Shown here: positions 41,843 to 55,342 of the stretch, one piece after another
Numbering within the stretch: the first letter of the stretch is position 1
Layout: each line of letters starts with the position of its first letter
Assembly: GCA_964247055.1 (NCBI GenBank)
Contig: OZ176059.1
Location: forward strand, 1,612,001 to 1,676,000
DNA length: 64,000 nt
Source: Paragordius varius
Lineage: Eukaryota > Animalia > Nematomorpha
Direction: 5' to 3'
Notes under the pieces: model-generated
What the model was told of the DNA's origin: nothing
The model's database searches: none
The model's input: the letters and a program-made list of their open reading frames with translations, nothing else
Program-made: the position numbers and the translations under genes

Positions 41843-42530
41843 TACCATTTGCACTTCAAGAGTGTCCTTGAACACTTCAAGTTGGTCCTTGAACAATTCA
41901 AGTTGGTCCTTGAACAATTCAAGTTGGTCCAACAATTCAAGTTGGTCCTACAGTTCAAGTTGGTCCTTGAACATTTCAAGTTGGTCTTTAAAATTTATAA
42001 ATTTTTATTTAACCATATTTTTGCATTTATTTTTTTATTTTATTATTTATTAACCTAATTTTCTTTATTTGTTATATATTTATTCCTTTAAATATAAATT
42101 TTAACTATTTTTTTTTCAATTGTACAAAACTAATGACTTTTAAATTTTTTAATGAAAAATTTTAATTAATAACACAAAAACTTATATATTTTTTCATTTC
42201 GTGTTAAAATCTTATAAATATCCAAAATTATTTTAAAAAATTAATAAAGATATACTGTTTCTCAAAGATTAAAAGTTGATATCGATTTTAAATTTATGTT
42301 AAATAAAGAAAATAGGTTAAAATCAATAAAATAGATGTATTTTTGGTTAATAATAGTTAAAAACTAAACAAAAAATTCAAAGAACCAACTTGGTGTTTAA
42401 GGACCAACTTGAAATGTTCAAGGACAAACTTGAATTGTTCAAGGACCAATTTGAATTGTTCAAGGACCAGCTTGAACTGTTCAAGGACCAACTTGAAGTG
42501 TTCAAGGACACTCTTGCAGTGCAAATGGTA
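41843..42530. mobile_element. Long TACC-MITE variant with tandem 21-bp TTGAACAATTCAAGTTGGTCC arrays
   Basis: TA|TACCATTTGCACTTCAAGAGTGTCC...GGACACTCTTGCAGTGCAAATGGTA|TA, with about 6 repeat units per arm. Confidence 0.85.
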
Positions 42531-42653
42531 TATTATATTTATAATATAAATTGGGTTTTTAAAATTCGGTATTTGAAAGTAAAATTTTAAATTAAAATTT
42601 TGATACAAATGTTGAGCATTTACAAATTATATAGAAAAAGTGTTCTTAAAATA

Positions 42654-43232
42654 TAGCATTTGTCTTTCAAGAGTTTCTTTAAACGCTTCAAGATGGGCCT
42701 TGTAGACTTCAAGGCCCTGAACATTTCAAGTAGGTCCTAAACACTTGAAGTTGGTCCTTAAACACCTGAAGATGGTCCTTAAAACGTTTAAATTTGGATT
42801 TAACCATAATTTTTGCAAGTATTTTTTATTTTAAACTAATTTCCCTTATTTATTTATTTATTCATTTTAAAATAAAATTTTTATTAAAGATTACTTTTTG
42901 TTTCAAAATAATTTTTTTTCCAATACAAATAAATTATTAACTTTTAGATGTTTTCACTGAAAAATTGTAAATAATAATCCAAAAAACTTATATATTTTTT
43001 AATTAAATGTAATAATCTTATAAAGATCCAAAATAATTTTAAGCAATTAATAAAGATATACGGTTTCTCAATGATTAAAAGTTGATATTAATTTAATTTA
43101 TGTTAAATAATATAAAATAGGTTAAAAACGATAAAATAGAAGTAATATTTATTGATTATAGGAAAACAAAATAAAAAAGTCAAAGGACCAACTTGAAGTG
43201 TTAAGGGAGGACATTCTTTAAGTGCAAATGTA
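42654..43232. mobile_element. Older copy of the long TACC-MITE variant
   Basis: Degenerate 21-bp units, the same AT-rich core as 41843-42530, and the right end AAGTGCAAATGTA. Confidence 0.65.
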
Positions 43233-43239
43233 TCTAAAA

Positions 43240-43785
43240 TGGTTTTACCGTTTCCGTCATGTCTAAAAATAGTATAGAGTACGCTTTAAACATTTGCTAA
43301 AAATCAAATTATTATAAAATGTAGGCATTTTTTATAAATATTTTTTATGATATCAAAATTTAGCACATATTTAAAATTTTTATCGCTCAATGCTATTTTG
43401 CGTTTATTTTAGAGAATTAACCCATCTCAGAAGACCAAAAATTATGACTTTTGGACACATCTAAATATTAAAATTATTTAAAAATATTATTTAGCTTTTT
43501 ATAGGTAATTTATGAAATTAAGATTAATTATCGGTGAGACGTCACAGCGAAGTGTTACAGGGCCAGCTATTTTATGATATAATTGTTTGAAAGTAAGCAT
43601 TTAGCTGACACCAAAAAAAATTATTACAAAAAATGCGCTCAAATTTTTTCATTTTAGCACTTATCACAAAAGTTTTTTAACTTTCTTTAATCGTAAGTCA
43701 AAACCAAAGCCCCATGATGATCTTGTAATCTATAATAGATATATATTATAAGCGTCTATCTTACCCCCCGATTTTAAACGCAGTG
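43240..43785. mobile_element. Truncated copy (right arm) of the 11.6-13.0 kb foldback family
   Basis: Colinear with about 12230-13038 and ends CCCCCCGATTTTAAACGCAGTG. Confidence 0.65.
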
Positions 43786-44059
43786 CGTAGGAGAACAAGG
43801 TTTGTTAATTAAATTTTAATCAAAATAACATCTAATGTAGTTAATTTGAAAGATTGAGATCTGGAATAAAAAACTACTCTAATATGCCATAGTAGGCAAG
43901 ACAGTGAAAAGGTCACTCATCGAACCACCGTTTATATGCCTCAAAATAGTATGAAACATGAATCAACACAATATACAAATAAAGTTTTTATATAACATAC
44001 CTATTTCCGAGTAAAAGTTTTTTATGTTAAAATTTTTAAATAATCGCAGGGCATTTTTG

Positions 44060-44775
44060 TGTTTATTATATAGGAGAGTTTTTAAAAATAATGTTAAACA
44101 GACATTCAGACATGATACCTGGAACATTCAAAATAGTTTTGGAACAGAAACAAAAGATAGATTAGACAATGAATGTAGTTCCGAACAATTATGGGGGATA
44201 AAAAATGTTATTAATGAAGTGGCAAAAGAAAAGGTGCAAAGAATAAAGAGGAAAGATAATAAATGGATGTCAGAAAAGAGTTTATAGATAGCAGAAAAGC
44301 GGAGAGAAGCAAAATCAGAAGGGGATAATAAAATGATTAAAATATATAATAAAGAATTTGAACGACAAACAAGGAAGGATTATATTTTTTAATAAACAAT
44401 GCCTGGAAGTGGAAATAAATAACAAAAAAGGATTAATGCAACCAATGTTCCAGAAACAGAAGCAAATGACTCACAAATCCTATATATCCTCCCAAAAGAT
44501 AAAATAAAGAATGACACCAGATTGTGCAAACAAACAGAAGTACGAATAGAGGGAGTACACCCAAATCTCTATCAGGCCCCTCAAGCAAAACTGTTGCAAT
44601 TTAAAGCCAGATATACTAAGAGAGGAGGTTGAATTAGCCTTAAAACAACTCCTAACAACAAAGCGATAGGATTAGACAATACCCCAATAGAGTTTATAAA
44701 AGCTATTTCTATAGAAACGTTACACAAGTTATGCCAAAAGGTGTGGGAAACATGTGGGTGGCCAAACGACTGGTA
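44060..44775 (+). mobile_element. RTE-clade non-LTR retrotransposon fragment (decayed)
   Basis: Frame-hopping translation gives KWMSEKSL*IAEKRREAK and EEVELALKQL.NNKAIGLDNTPIEFIKA...LHKLCQKVWETCGWPNDW, the region just before the RT domain in RTE elements. Confidence 0.75.
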
Positions 44776-47271
44776 TCATCTGTATATCTCCCAATATACA
44801 CCAATTTAAATTGATATGTTTAGAATATGTACACATGTTATTATACATTTTCTATATTTAAATTCTATATGTAACAAATTTACACCCTAACATATTTTTT
44901 ATATATTTTTGCTTTTTATAAAATAAGAATAGGGCTATTTATGGACCCTAATTCAATAAATAACATAAAAATACTCAGTGTCAAAGCATTCATAAAATTA
45001 TTTATAAAAATCTTTTTCCGCCATTTAAATTTAATAAAAAATTTCCTGATATCCTTTTATTTTAAAATATGTATTTTATAAAAAATATTTTGTCACACTT
45101 GCATATAATAAAAATTCTTAACGCGCGACAGGACTCTTTTGCGTTTTTTAACAAATCCAGCCGCTTACAGCGTGGTTAAAATTTGGGTTTCGGAATTAGC
45201 ATATAAAAATTAACACTTGATTAGGCTAGTTTTTCTATATTAGTGTAGTGGGATATCAAATAAATTAGATAAAATAAAAAATTATCTTTAGCCTTTTGGG
45301 CGCAGTAATATTTATATTTGAAGTCCATATTTTTTCAATATTTTTATTTAATCGCCAAAACTATAAAATTTTATAATTCAAAAAAGCTTTTAATTAAAAA
45401 TTGACAACTAAGTGTTTTCAAAATTAGCTATATATGCCTAAAAAATGTACTAAAGTTTATTAATTTATTTTTCTTCAAATTTATCCATAAAATAATAATT
45501 AGAGTGGTAACATTACATTTGATATTTAAAAAATATTTTATTTTAAACAGGCTTGTGATCGTCATATACATTAATTTGTATCGAAAGACATGTAAACATG
45601 ATTTGTTAATAAAAAGTAAAAAATATACGTTTTTAGGTGTTTGATAGTAATGTAAAAATAAATTATGGATGGTTGTTATATTCCGAACTTAAATATTATA
45701 ATATCTAGCCTTTTTAGCTATTTATTGATAGTATGACCCTTGAAAAATATTTTTTGGCCCTTTTGATAAGAACTACTAGCTTAAAGTTTCTCTTTTTAAT
45801 TTTGTTAAAGGGTAAAGAGGGCTGGTGAAAGCTTTAACACTCACCTACCCGATTAGGGCTAATTGTCAGTTATGATGGGAAAATTGTATATCGGGTTTTC
45901 AATTTGGCATTTCACACGCATAAAGCGTAAGAGTCAGGCATCCTACCTATTATACCATAAGACCTCCAAATAATACCTCAAGGAAAGAAAAACTTATTTT
46001 TGCAACTCAATAAAATACTCATACCAATCCCATTGTTTTAAATAGTGTTTATATCATTTAAATGACGAATATATCGAATTCAATATAGTTTTATTTAACA
46101 TTAATTAATTAATTTTATACTAATTGTTGTAATTACATCATGTGGTAAATTTTCAATTTAAGATTTTTATGAGTGATCACGATCATTAATTTATGAATTC
46201 ACTATTAACCAATCAGAGCCATCCCTAATGTTATAGTTCAACTATCAAAACAAGAATAAATATGACCACTTCTTTATGAATTTTTAAAATATAAAACTAT
46301 CATTGTTGCAACCACATATTTGTCACTTACAAATCATTAATAAAATAAATTTGCCTAAAAATATATCTAACTCCTTGGTTAAAATATCTGTTTATACTAT
46401 TTTTTGATAATTAATAGAATGATTGCTATTTAAACATTCCTTAACTACATTTCGAATGCTTCTTATTCTATCATGATTATTAAAACTTAAAGACATACCA
46501 TAGCAAAAAATAAGTAATATTATAAATTCTTTTCAAAAACCAGAGGTAACGGTATGCTAGAAAACGTCAATGGGCGCCAGGCAATTAAACATATTCATCT
46601 TTTAAATTTTGGGAAGCCTTTAATTTAGTTGTGGAAGGAGGGGATGCGAGCGGTGAGTTTTAGGGTTTCAACACAGGCTAAATTTGGCTAAATTGCCACT
46701 ACAAGAATAATTAATAGGAAAGTTTTAGTTTAAATTGGTCCATATAATTTAATGGATATATTTTTAATCGATTAAAATTACATAAAATATGTGTTGTTCT
46801 TGAAATATATATATACCAATTTTTTGGGTATGTATATTAAATTTAATTATGAATATATTTGAAGTTTTTACGCGCCGAGTTACATTTTTAACGTTAAGAG
46901 TTATTTTATATAATTGCTAGTTAAACAAATTTGTTTAATATTTTATGTATATATTCCATAAAACATGGTGAAGATAGTAGCTATGGTTAAATTTCATAAA
47001 ATTTTGAATAAGTTACATTTGTTATATTTAAGTGTACACCGGCTGGGTGTTTTGTTAAAGTTTATGAAATATGAATAATATGTTTGAAATAAAAATTATA
47101 AATTTAACCCTACATTTTTATGTATTTTTTGTTATATAAAATTGGTGTTATTCAAATTATATGTTGCTCATCAACGCATATATATAAATATATAGGGTTC
47201 AACTTCGCATTAAAATAATTTTGTTCCTATACAATTGTCAGCTTAATAATTCTATCCCTTCCCAGGATAAT

Positions 47272-47791
47272 ATGAAAACAAAAGCTTGTCTCTTAACTAT
47301 CCTTTTTTCCATTTTAGCTGTAAGATAATTTTTGCAATACTGATTTTATCAAAAAACAGACAAAACGTAAAAATATAACCACAAATATTTTTTTGTAAAA
47401 AACTGCTGTACTTTTTTACGCTTTTATATATTTTACAATTGTAATTAAATATTTATATAGCAAAAATTAAGGTTTGATCAAACTTGGTTGCTTTTTTGAC
47501 GAAAAAAATCTTTCACTTTATAATTTTATGTTTTAAACTGCAATTTTTAGTGTAACACACGTAAATATTTACACCTTAACATACCAAATTTTTTATATGT
47601 TATAATAGGTTTTAACGCTAAATTCATATCTCCAAAACTCTAAAGAAACGGTGAATGCCCAATTTATAGATCCTACATTAGCCTTGTATGGCGGTTTATA
47701 CGGATATGGGTTGGGTTATGGCCTAGGATATGGAATTCCTTATGCCCCATTTTATGGTCTTTATGGATATGGCTATCCATTTTATGGTTGA
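47272..47791 (+). CDS. Small secreted Gly/Tyr-rich peptide (76 aa, 2 coding exons), not in the ORF track
   Basis: Exon 47272-47319 (MKTKACLLTILFSILA|GTAAGA) joins in phase 0 via TAATAG at 47608 to exon 47609-47791 (VLTLNSYLQNSKETVNAQFIDPTLALYGGLYGYGLGYGLGYGIPYAPFYGLYGYGYPFYG*). Confidence 0.8.
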
Positions 47792-48155
47792 CGTGCAATT
47801 GCAAATTTTGAATGAGAGTTTTACCTGCTTAATTTTTAATTTTTTAAATAAATGTGTTTGCGCGTACACACATGATTTTTTTTACTTGTCTATGGATAGA
47901 TATTTTAGATGCTTTAAAATGCTTTACTCTATCATATAACAACATGAGTTTTGTCAGAGAAAGTAGTTCAAACGGTAATCGAAAATATTATTTTGTACCC
48001 ATTTATTTTATATAATGCAGTAGGATTATTGTGCAAAATTTTATTAAAAAAATGTATATAGTAAAAAATTACCAAATGATTGTCGATAAATGCAAATCAC
48101 TAACAGCAAAAGTATGGAAAAAAAAGTTTGATCATAAAAGTAAAAGCTCAATAAT

Positions 48156-51100
48156 TTATAAATTGCCATATGGTGTTGAATCTTCATCATCAATATTATC
48201 TGTAGTTTTTGCCTTTGAGGTCCGAACTGAAGTGCTTATGTTTCTACAATTTTTTCCAGCTACACCGGATCCTATTGGGCCATGAGGCTCTGAAGGCGCA
48301 TCTGACATATAAACTGGTGGGGGCTGTGGTTTGAATATTGCTACAGGTTTTTGTGCAACTGGTTTTTGTATTGAAGGTTGTTGTACTATTCCTGTTCTTT
48401 GTGCAATAATTTTTTCTGCATTAGATCTTTGTAAAACTGCAGTGTCTTGAGTTTGAGGTGTGGATCTGGTAGGTTTTTTATTTGATGTGCGATTACATTT
48501 GAACGTTTTTCTATTGTACGCATTGAGTTTGGCTGCGGCGTTGTATCTAGATAGATGATGGACGTGTGTAAATGTTGCAGTAAAAAATCAAAAATATACG
48601 GACAAAACGTAAAAGTTTTTTTTTACAGAAAGCCAACCACACTTTATAAAAACCTTGATATGTTTTACTCGATAATAATTTAAAAAGATATTGAGAGTTT
48701 TGCAACGACCCATAAAAGATAAAATCAATAATTGGGGTTCTAAAAATATGGTTGTCTTTTAAATTTGTTTAATATTTACGTTGTCTGTATGATTTTAATT
48801 TTTACTGTATACATGCTTTAGTCTTATCAAGCGCTATAAACAAAAATTGTGAGATAGGGATTAATTTTTATGTTTAAAAACTGAAATTTAAAAATTGTAG
48901 GGTCATCGATATATATAGGGCTAGACAGCTTGATTGACCGCTTTTACGATGTTTATTATATTAAATTGTTGAAATACTTAATCTTGTTAACTTTTAATTT
49001 GCTGTATCAAAGTTTTAAAAATGATTCGATTTGTGTCTATTTTGTAACTTTTACGCTTTACATATGATTAATATGGTATAGCTAATTTATGATTGTTAAC
49101 ACAAATAAAATTGATTTAATGGTAATTGATAGTGTCAAACTAAATTATTTTTTAAGAAATTATATATCACACTAGCCAATTTAAAAAAATATTGAAAGGA
49201 ATATACAATAGCTATGAAAGTTATCAGGTATACGATTAAATGACACAGAAATTAATTTTATGTAATAAAAGAAACTAATTTTAACACAATTAATGAAAAT
49301 ATAAATACATTCGATAGTGATGATATTGGGAGTCGGGATCAGGAATTGAATGGCACCAAATCTAAAAATGATAAAATATTACAAAGATTTTAAATCAATT
49401 AAATATTGTTACAACAAAACCCTTCCTAATTACAGTATGCATTTTAATGGTTGCTTATTTCTATATTAGGGCAATTTGCAACAAAGGAATATATGGAAAA
49501 AGGAAGAAAATATTTGTTTATTAACATTTTGTTGTTTTTTCCATATACTACTGTATTGCGAATTCCCTTTTATTGTGTGAAATAAGCAGCCATTAAAATG
49601 CATACTCTAAATATGTCTAAAGTTCACTTATCATTCATTCATAAGAAATGCGCAAAGATTATTTTAGAATTAATGTATCCAATCTGCGCACTCACTAAGC
49701 CAAAACACAACTCTATGCTTCTTATTGATATTTCCAGCTATTAAAGCTGCTTTTCATCTAATTTCCCTTATTTTAAGGGAGGATAGTCTATAAAAATAAG
49801 GTCGCTGATTTTATAAGTTGAAATCCTTTAATAAATTAAAATGACACTTATTCTTCCCACCTTATATTTCCCATATAATTCTTTTTCATTCTTTACAATT
49901 TTAAAAAAACTTACCTCCATTTAATAATATGTAAATCAAAAATAAATATAAATTACGGATAGCTAGGTTAAAGTAGTGGATTAAAGTATTCCCAAACTGT
50001 GTCAGTTTATAATAACTGAAACCAAACCACTAATATCTCTTATCCTTTCATTAATGCTAAAAGCCAAAATTTTTAAAAGATTTAAAAATCATTCTTTTTT
50101 GGTCAATCTTCATTTCAAAGCTACGGTTATTTGTTTAGCCGGTCATTCAAACTCTATTAGTCGATATGTAAATTTCAAAAGTAAATTTTAATGCGTGAAT
50201 AATATTACCGAATGTTTACACAGGTAATTTATATCAAGTAACGAACAACATCATTTTTAATATTTTAAAATTTGTTTGATATGGAAAAAAACCACAGTTG
50301 ATAATATTCAGGAAGAGAAAGATAATTTAAATAAATTTGATTGAAATATATATTTTATTTAAAATATTTTGATTGTGTTATCTATAATAAAACCAAAAGA
50401 TTAGGCAATTTTATTTTTTTAACGTTAACTTTAAGTACGTACGTGAGCATTAGATATATGAACTAGTTGTTTTTTGGTAAAATTTTTCAAATTTCCAGTC
50501 TTGTAAGGTTGTGCGTCGCCATCTCTTGGATAAAAGTGTTGGAAAGTCTAAAATAAATAAATAAACAAACAAACACATTATTAAAAAATAATAGTACAAA
50601 TAATTACTTCCTTAAAATAGTCTACTACCGTACAACAGTTTAATATTTATCTTAATAAAGTATAATATGTTTTGGAGGCTTTTTTAATATCATAATGAAA
50701 ACGAAAAATATCATACAAAGCTACTGACATGTAAATTAATTATCCCTTTAACCATATTTAGTATACAGACTGAGCCTCTATAACTGTGTTTTACACCCCA
50801 AAATTTTTATTTAAAATTTTTAATACGTACAAACAAACCCTAATATTTGGTAAATTCAATATGGAAACGTAAAATTTTTTGTAATTTGTGGAGACGAGTT
50901 CTAATTATTAATATATTTTGTATCAATAATTATACCTTATCAATCACTGAAATGGTTAAAAAGGCAGGCATAAGATATGGATATTGACGGACTAATGCAT
51001 ATTTGTTCTATAATATATATATATATATATATAATTTTCATCAAATTTTTAATTTATATTATTATGATTATTGATTTAGAGCCCTAAACGTGGATGTTAT

Positions 51101-53402
51101 TCCATCAATATAGTGTTTGCATATAAGGAATAATCTAAACAAATGGATTTGAAGAAGCCAGCCTATAAGAATTGCTGTAGAATACTTACCACAATAGCTA
51201 AAACAGATTGCAATACATTTTAAACTTGTTTTCAATAAGCTTGGGTTGTGATATAACAGATTTTTTTTTTTAAATCAATAGTCTTATGAAAATTTCTTTA
51301 TGGGATTTGGATAGTGTCAAAACTTAGATGCATTCTAGCTTAACCTTTGATCTAAAAAATAAATGATTTACCCGTTTGGCACCTGAAATGGCGCAATATA
51401 TACTTGAGCTTTAAGTAAATATAATAAAATAGTTAAATATTATTCTTCTGAGTAAAAACAACTTAACAATATATGCAAGAGTTTTGTTCTTTGATTAAAA
51501 TGTTTAGATGCCACCCAGCAACCGAACAGGTTAAATAATAACTTGATTTTAATAAAAATGAGCCATAGACAAATATTCAATTGACAAAAACTCCATATAA
51601 ACAAATTATTTCAAAATTTGTCGCATATAAAAATATCGAAGCCTATGGACACACATTGTCTAATGTTATTGATTCATAACAAAATCAAAAACAGCTGATG
51701 ATCTAAAACTGTTTTTTGGGCTATTATCCCTATATGAAACGGTACCTCCATTTTTTTAGATTTGTCTCTCCCTAGCAAAAATATTAATAAACTATATTTT
51801 GATTTGGCCCACTATGATTTATATATATCATAAATTATTTATTCATTTTTTATAAATAGCCTAGTAAAACTAAATTTTATTTATTCAACACCCAGAATGT
51901 GTTTAACAATATTTAATTATGTTGCTGTAAAAAACAATCTAAATCGTTTAATTAAAATATATTTTTTATAATATTTTTTTAAAATAAAATATAGCATTTG
52001 AATCGATTTTTATATCAATGTGGTTTAACGAATTATGACTTTTTGATGATTAATTTATATTATCATATAAATAAACAAACAATCATACCCTATCGTATGA
52101 TTCATTATTGGGTATCAAAGGAGCCATATAATCCGTAAATTTTTCCTTCAGATCATCACCACCAAAGGCTATTATAGTATAGTAATTATATCAAACGAAT
52201 GAGTTAATATGAAAAAGTGTTTACATTTTCAATCAGTTAATATTTTTTTGGTTAAGATTAGGCATATATTTAATTTTGTTATGCGATTTTTTTATTATGA
52301 AAAGCATAAAAATTGGCATATAATGTTCATAAATGGTTTAAAATAATGCATTTCACCTTTTTCTTTACAGTATGTATTTTGATGGTTGCTTATTTCACAC
52401 TATATTTGGGCGATTTGCAACATAGGAGTTTATGGAAAAAAGTGTTTATGAAAAAAAGAAAGGAAATAATTCAACATTTTGTTATTTTTTTCATACGCTA
52501 CTGTGTTGCGAATCGCCCAACTATAGATAAAATAAGCAACCATTAAAATGCATACTTTATATATATATATATATAGTCAAACATCTTTCGCGTTTTTTAA
52601 TTTAATTTATTTCCAAATAATATGGATAAGTTGAACTTTTATTTATGGTAAATCACGTTATTGTTTTAGCAATATTGATTGGTTGATCTTGTTATTTACC
52701 TATTGCTTTATTCGTCTGCCAAAATTATTATAATTAGCCATTAATTCTTTTTTATATTATATTTTTATTTTTTTAGAGGTTTTTTAATTACAATCAAACA
52801 AAACTAACTTTAAGATTTTTAGATTTACAAATTTCGATACGTAATCTTAACAAAAAATGCAATAAACAAATCAAATAATGGGTGATGGAGTGTGAATTTA
52901 ATTAATGCCCTTTTTACCGTTTAGTTTACAAGACAAAGAAACGATTTTTATGCGATTTATTTTTGTCCAAAATAAGTATTTTAGATTTTTTCTGATAGCT
53001 AAAAATAGTTACAAAATATACTAATTTTTCCGTCATTTTAATAAAACTTTTAGCAGGCCCTAATACTCAATAAAAATAGATATAACCCTATGTAAATTTT
53101 TACTTATACAAATTTTTTAAGCCAAAACGCCGGTTAGGTTAATGACTAACCCCTCTATGACAGTAACATTACGGAAAGTTTTCTATATATAAGGGGTCGA
53201 TCATTTTAAACATTAAACAAATGTGTTTTGTAAATATTTTAATTATTTTATATACAATATTAAATAAATTAAGGCTAACTTTTAATCATTTCAAATCCGT
53301 GGGACACGATCGCGCCCAAAAAAGCACCAATAGAATGAGAACTAAATCATGAAAAAAGAGACATTACAAAATCATGGATTTGACCCTTTATTTAGTTGTC
53401 AG

Positions 53403-53445
<43 letters not shown>

Positions 53446-55300
53446 ATGTCATTTAAACAAAACACTTACTATGTAAAATAAAAAAAGTTAATTAAAATTT
53501 GTAAATAAAAATGAGGGCTGTCGGAACGAAGGATTGGAGGTAGGATCGGCCTGTTTTAAATAAACTTAAGAAAAATAAAATCTTGGTTCTTAGAATATTG
53601 GTGGAACCAAGATGGTTTTAAAAATGTAAGTTTCCCAGAAATGGTATTAGAATTTTGCAAAAAAACACGGTTCCAAAAAAATGGTTTTCAATTTTAAAAA
53701 TAATTATTTTAGTCAATATATAATAATAATTATTTATTCACATTGTGTATAAAAAATAATTACAATAGATATTATCATCCATGCTTTTAGTCGAAAAAGT
53801 TTTTTGTGACACTAAAATTTCATTGCTTTTAATAACTTTGTTAAAATAAACTAAAATTTTTGGCAAACACATGAAATTAAAATTGGCTACTGTAACATAT
53901 TAAGGTGTTTTAGTTAAAATTAATCTAATACATTAACAAATTTAGTTATAATTTCATATAATATATGTTTGAGTTAAGTTCATAAATAAAGTTAAAAATA
54001 CTGATGTTAAAAACCTATAAACTAACTCTTTAGATTCAGGAAGTAACCAGTTGAGATTAGTGATAATCAATCTAATTTTGATTTCAAATTTACCGATTAT
54101 CTTAGTGTCATTTACGAATTATTTATGAGCACTTGGTAATAATATCACTCTCAAAGAATTAACCGATTTAGGGTTTTATACTACAAATAGGATTTGTTTT
54201 ATCAAAACAAGATAAATTTGTTTAATCAATAATAATCTACAACATTGTTTAAAGAAAGTATTTTAACTTTTGAGATTACATCTTCCGGGGAATTTTTATA
54301 AATATTATATATATTATGAAAAATAAAATTCTTTATTTCAAGTATAAATTTTTTTGCCCTTATCCTTGAAATGTGCTCCATTGGATATTTGTTGAAAATA
54401 TTAAACTTTTGGTTTTTAGCAATGCTCTTAAATATAATTTAGGCTGGATTTGCGTTTTTATAGTCTAAATGTAAAATTTGTTAAAACTATCATTTTTTAT
54501 ATCACACTTCCAATGTATAAATTATAAAATTAGGGTGCTCTTTAATTGTTGTTTTTGGAGCCGGGGTAGTTTTAACTTATCTTAACCGGTTTCAATTCCA
54601 CCTAAGCTTATGTCCTAAGTTGAGGATGTACGTTTAAGTACAGATATTTTGTTTTATTTACATTACTACTGAATACTAAAAAAATATTTCAGATAAAATA
54701 CTATATATGTTTGTATTGCATATACCATTTGCACTTCAAGGGTATTGAACACTTTGAGTTGGTCTAACATTTTTGATTTGTTTTTGAATTTTATCAATCA
54801 AATTATCATTCATACTTTATCATTTTTAACCTATTTTCATTTAACATAAATTTTAAATCAATATCAATTTTTAATCATTCAGAAACCGTATATCTTTATT
54901 AATTTTCTATAATTTATATGTGTTATAAAGTATTATAACACATAATTAAATAAAGGTTTTCTGTGTTATTATTTACAATTTTTCATTTTACAATAATTGT
55001 TGAATTTGAAAAAAGTGGTTTTGAATAAAAAATGTATTTTAAATGAATAAGTTTTTATAATAAAAGAGAATTAGTTTAAATAATAATAAAATAAAAATTT
55101 TTTAAATACATGGTAAATTTAGTACTAAAATTTTAAGGATCAGCTTTAAATGTTCAAGGACCAACTTGAAATGTTCACTATTGAATTGCAAATGATATGT
55201 CATTTAACAATAGTAGTAATAATTCATAAAATATTACTCTATCTCTTTATCAAAAAAGATTTCAGTCATCATGGTTAAGGGAATTTCTAAGTTAATATAG

Positions 55301-55342
<42 letters not shown>

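Noticed and set aside
41837-42608. Four repetitive ORFs (LEQFKLV, LNNSSWS, FKDQLEL repeats) that look like coiled-coil genes, and a 21-bp array that might look like CRISPR
   Set aside because: They are translations of MITE subterminal repeats inside TA-flanked TIRs. The units are contiguous with no unique spacers, and no cas genes are present.
45810-45970. GC-richer patch with a minus-strand GTGAGT donor
   Set aside because: All three frames upstream of the donor hit stops within about 50 nt, and no linked exon was found.
47730-47939. ORF-track 69-aa ORF
   Set aside because: It is a shifted-frame shadow of the Gly/Tyr peptide exon running into its 3' UTR.
48031-48285. Plus-strand 84-aa ORF
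   Set aside because: It is antisense to the last exon of the M13-like gene and has no independent support.
49700-50060. Candidate minus-strand exons with strong donors (GTGAGT near 49.69 kb, GTAAGT near 49.91 kb)
   Set aside because: The exons 50547-50443 and 49361-49309 join directly to give the expected ..ISNAH-IWC pattern, so these are not needed. Alternative splicing is not excluded.
53115-53185. Minus-strand KTFRNVTVIEGLVINL, resembling a receptor L-domain motif
   Set aside because: The frame ends in a stop, the phase does not fit the flanking M13 exons, and no other L-domain sequence is nearby.
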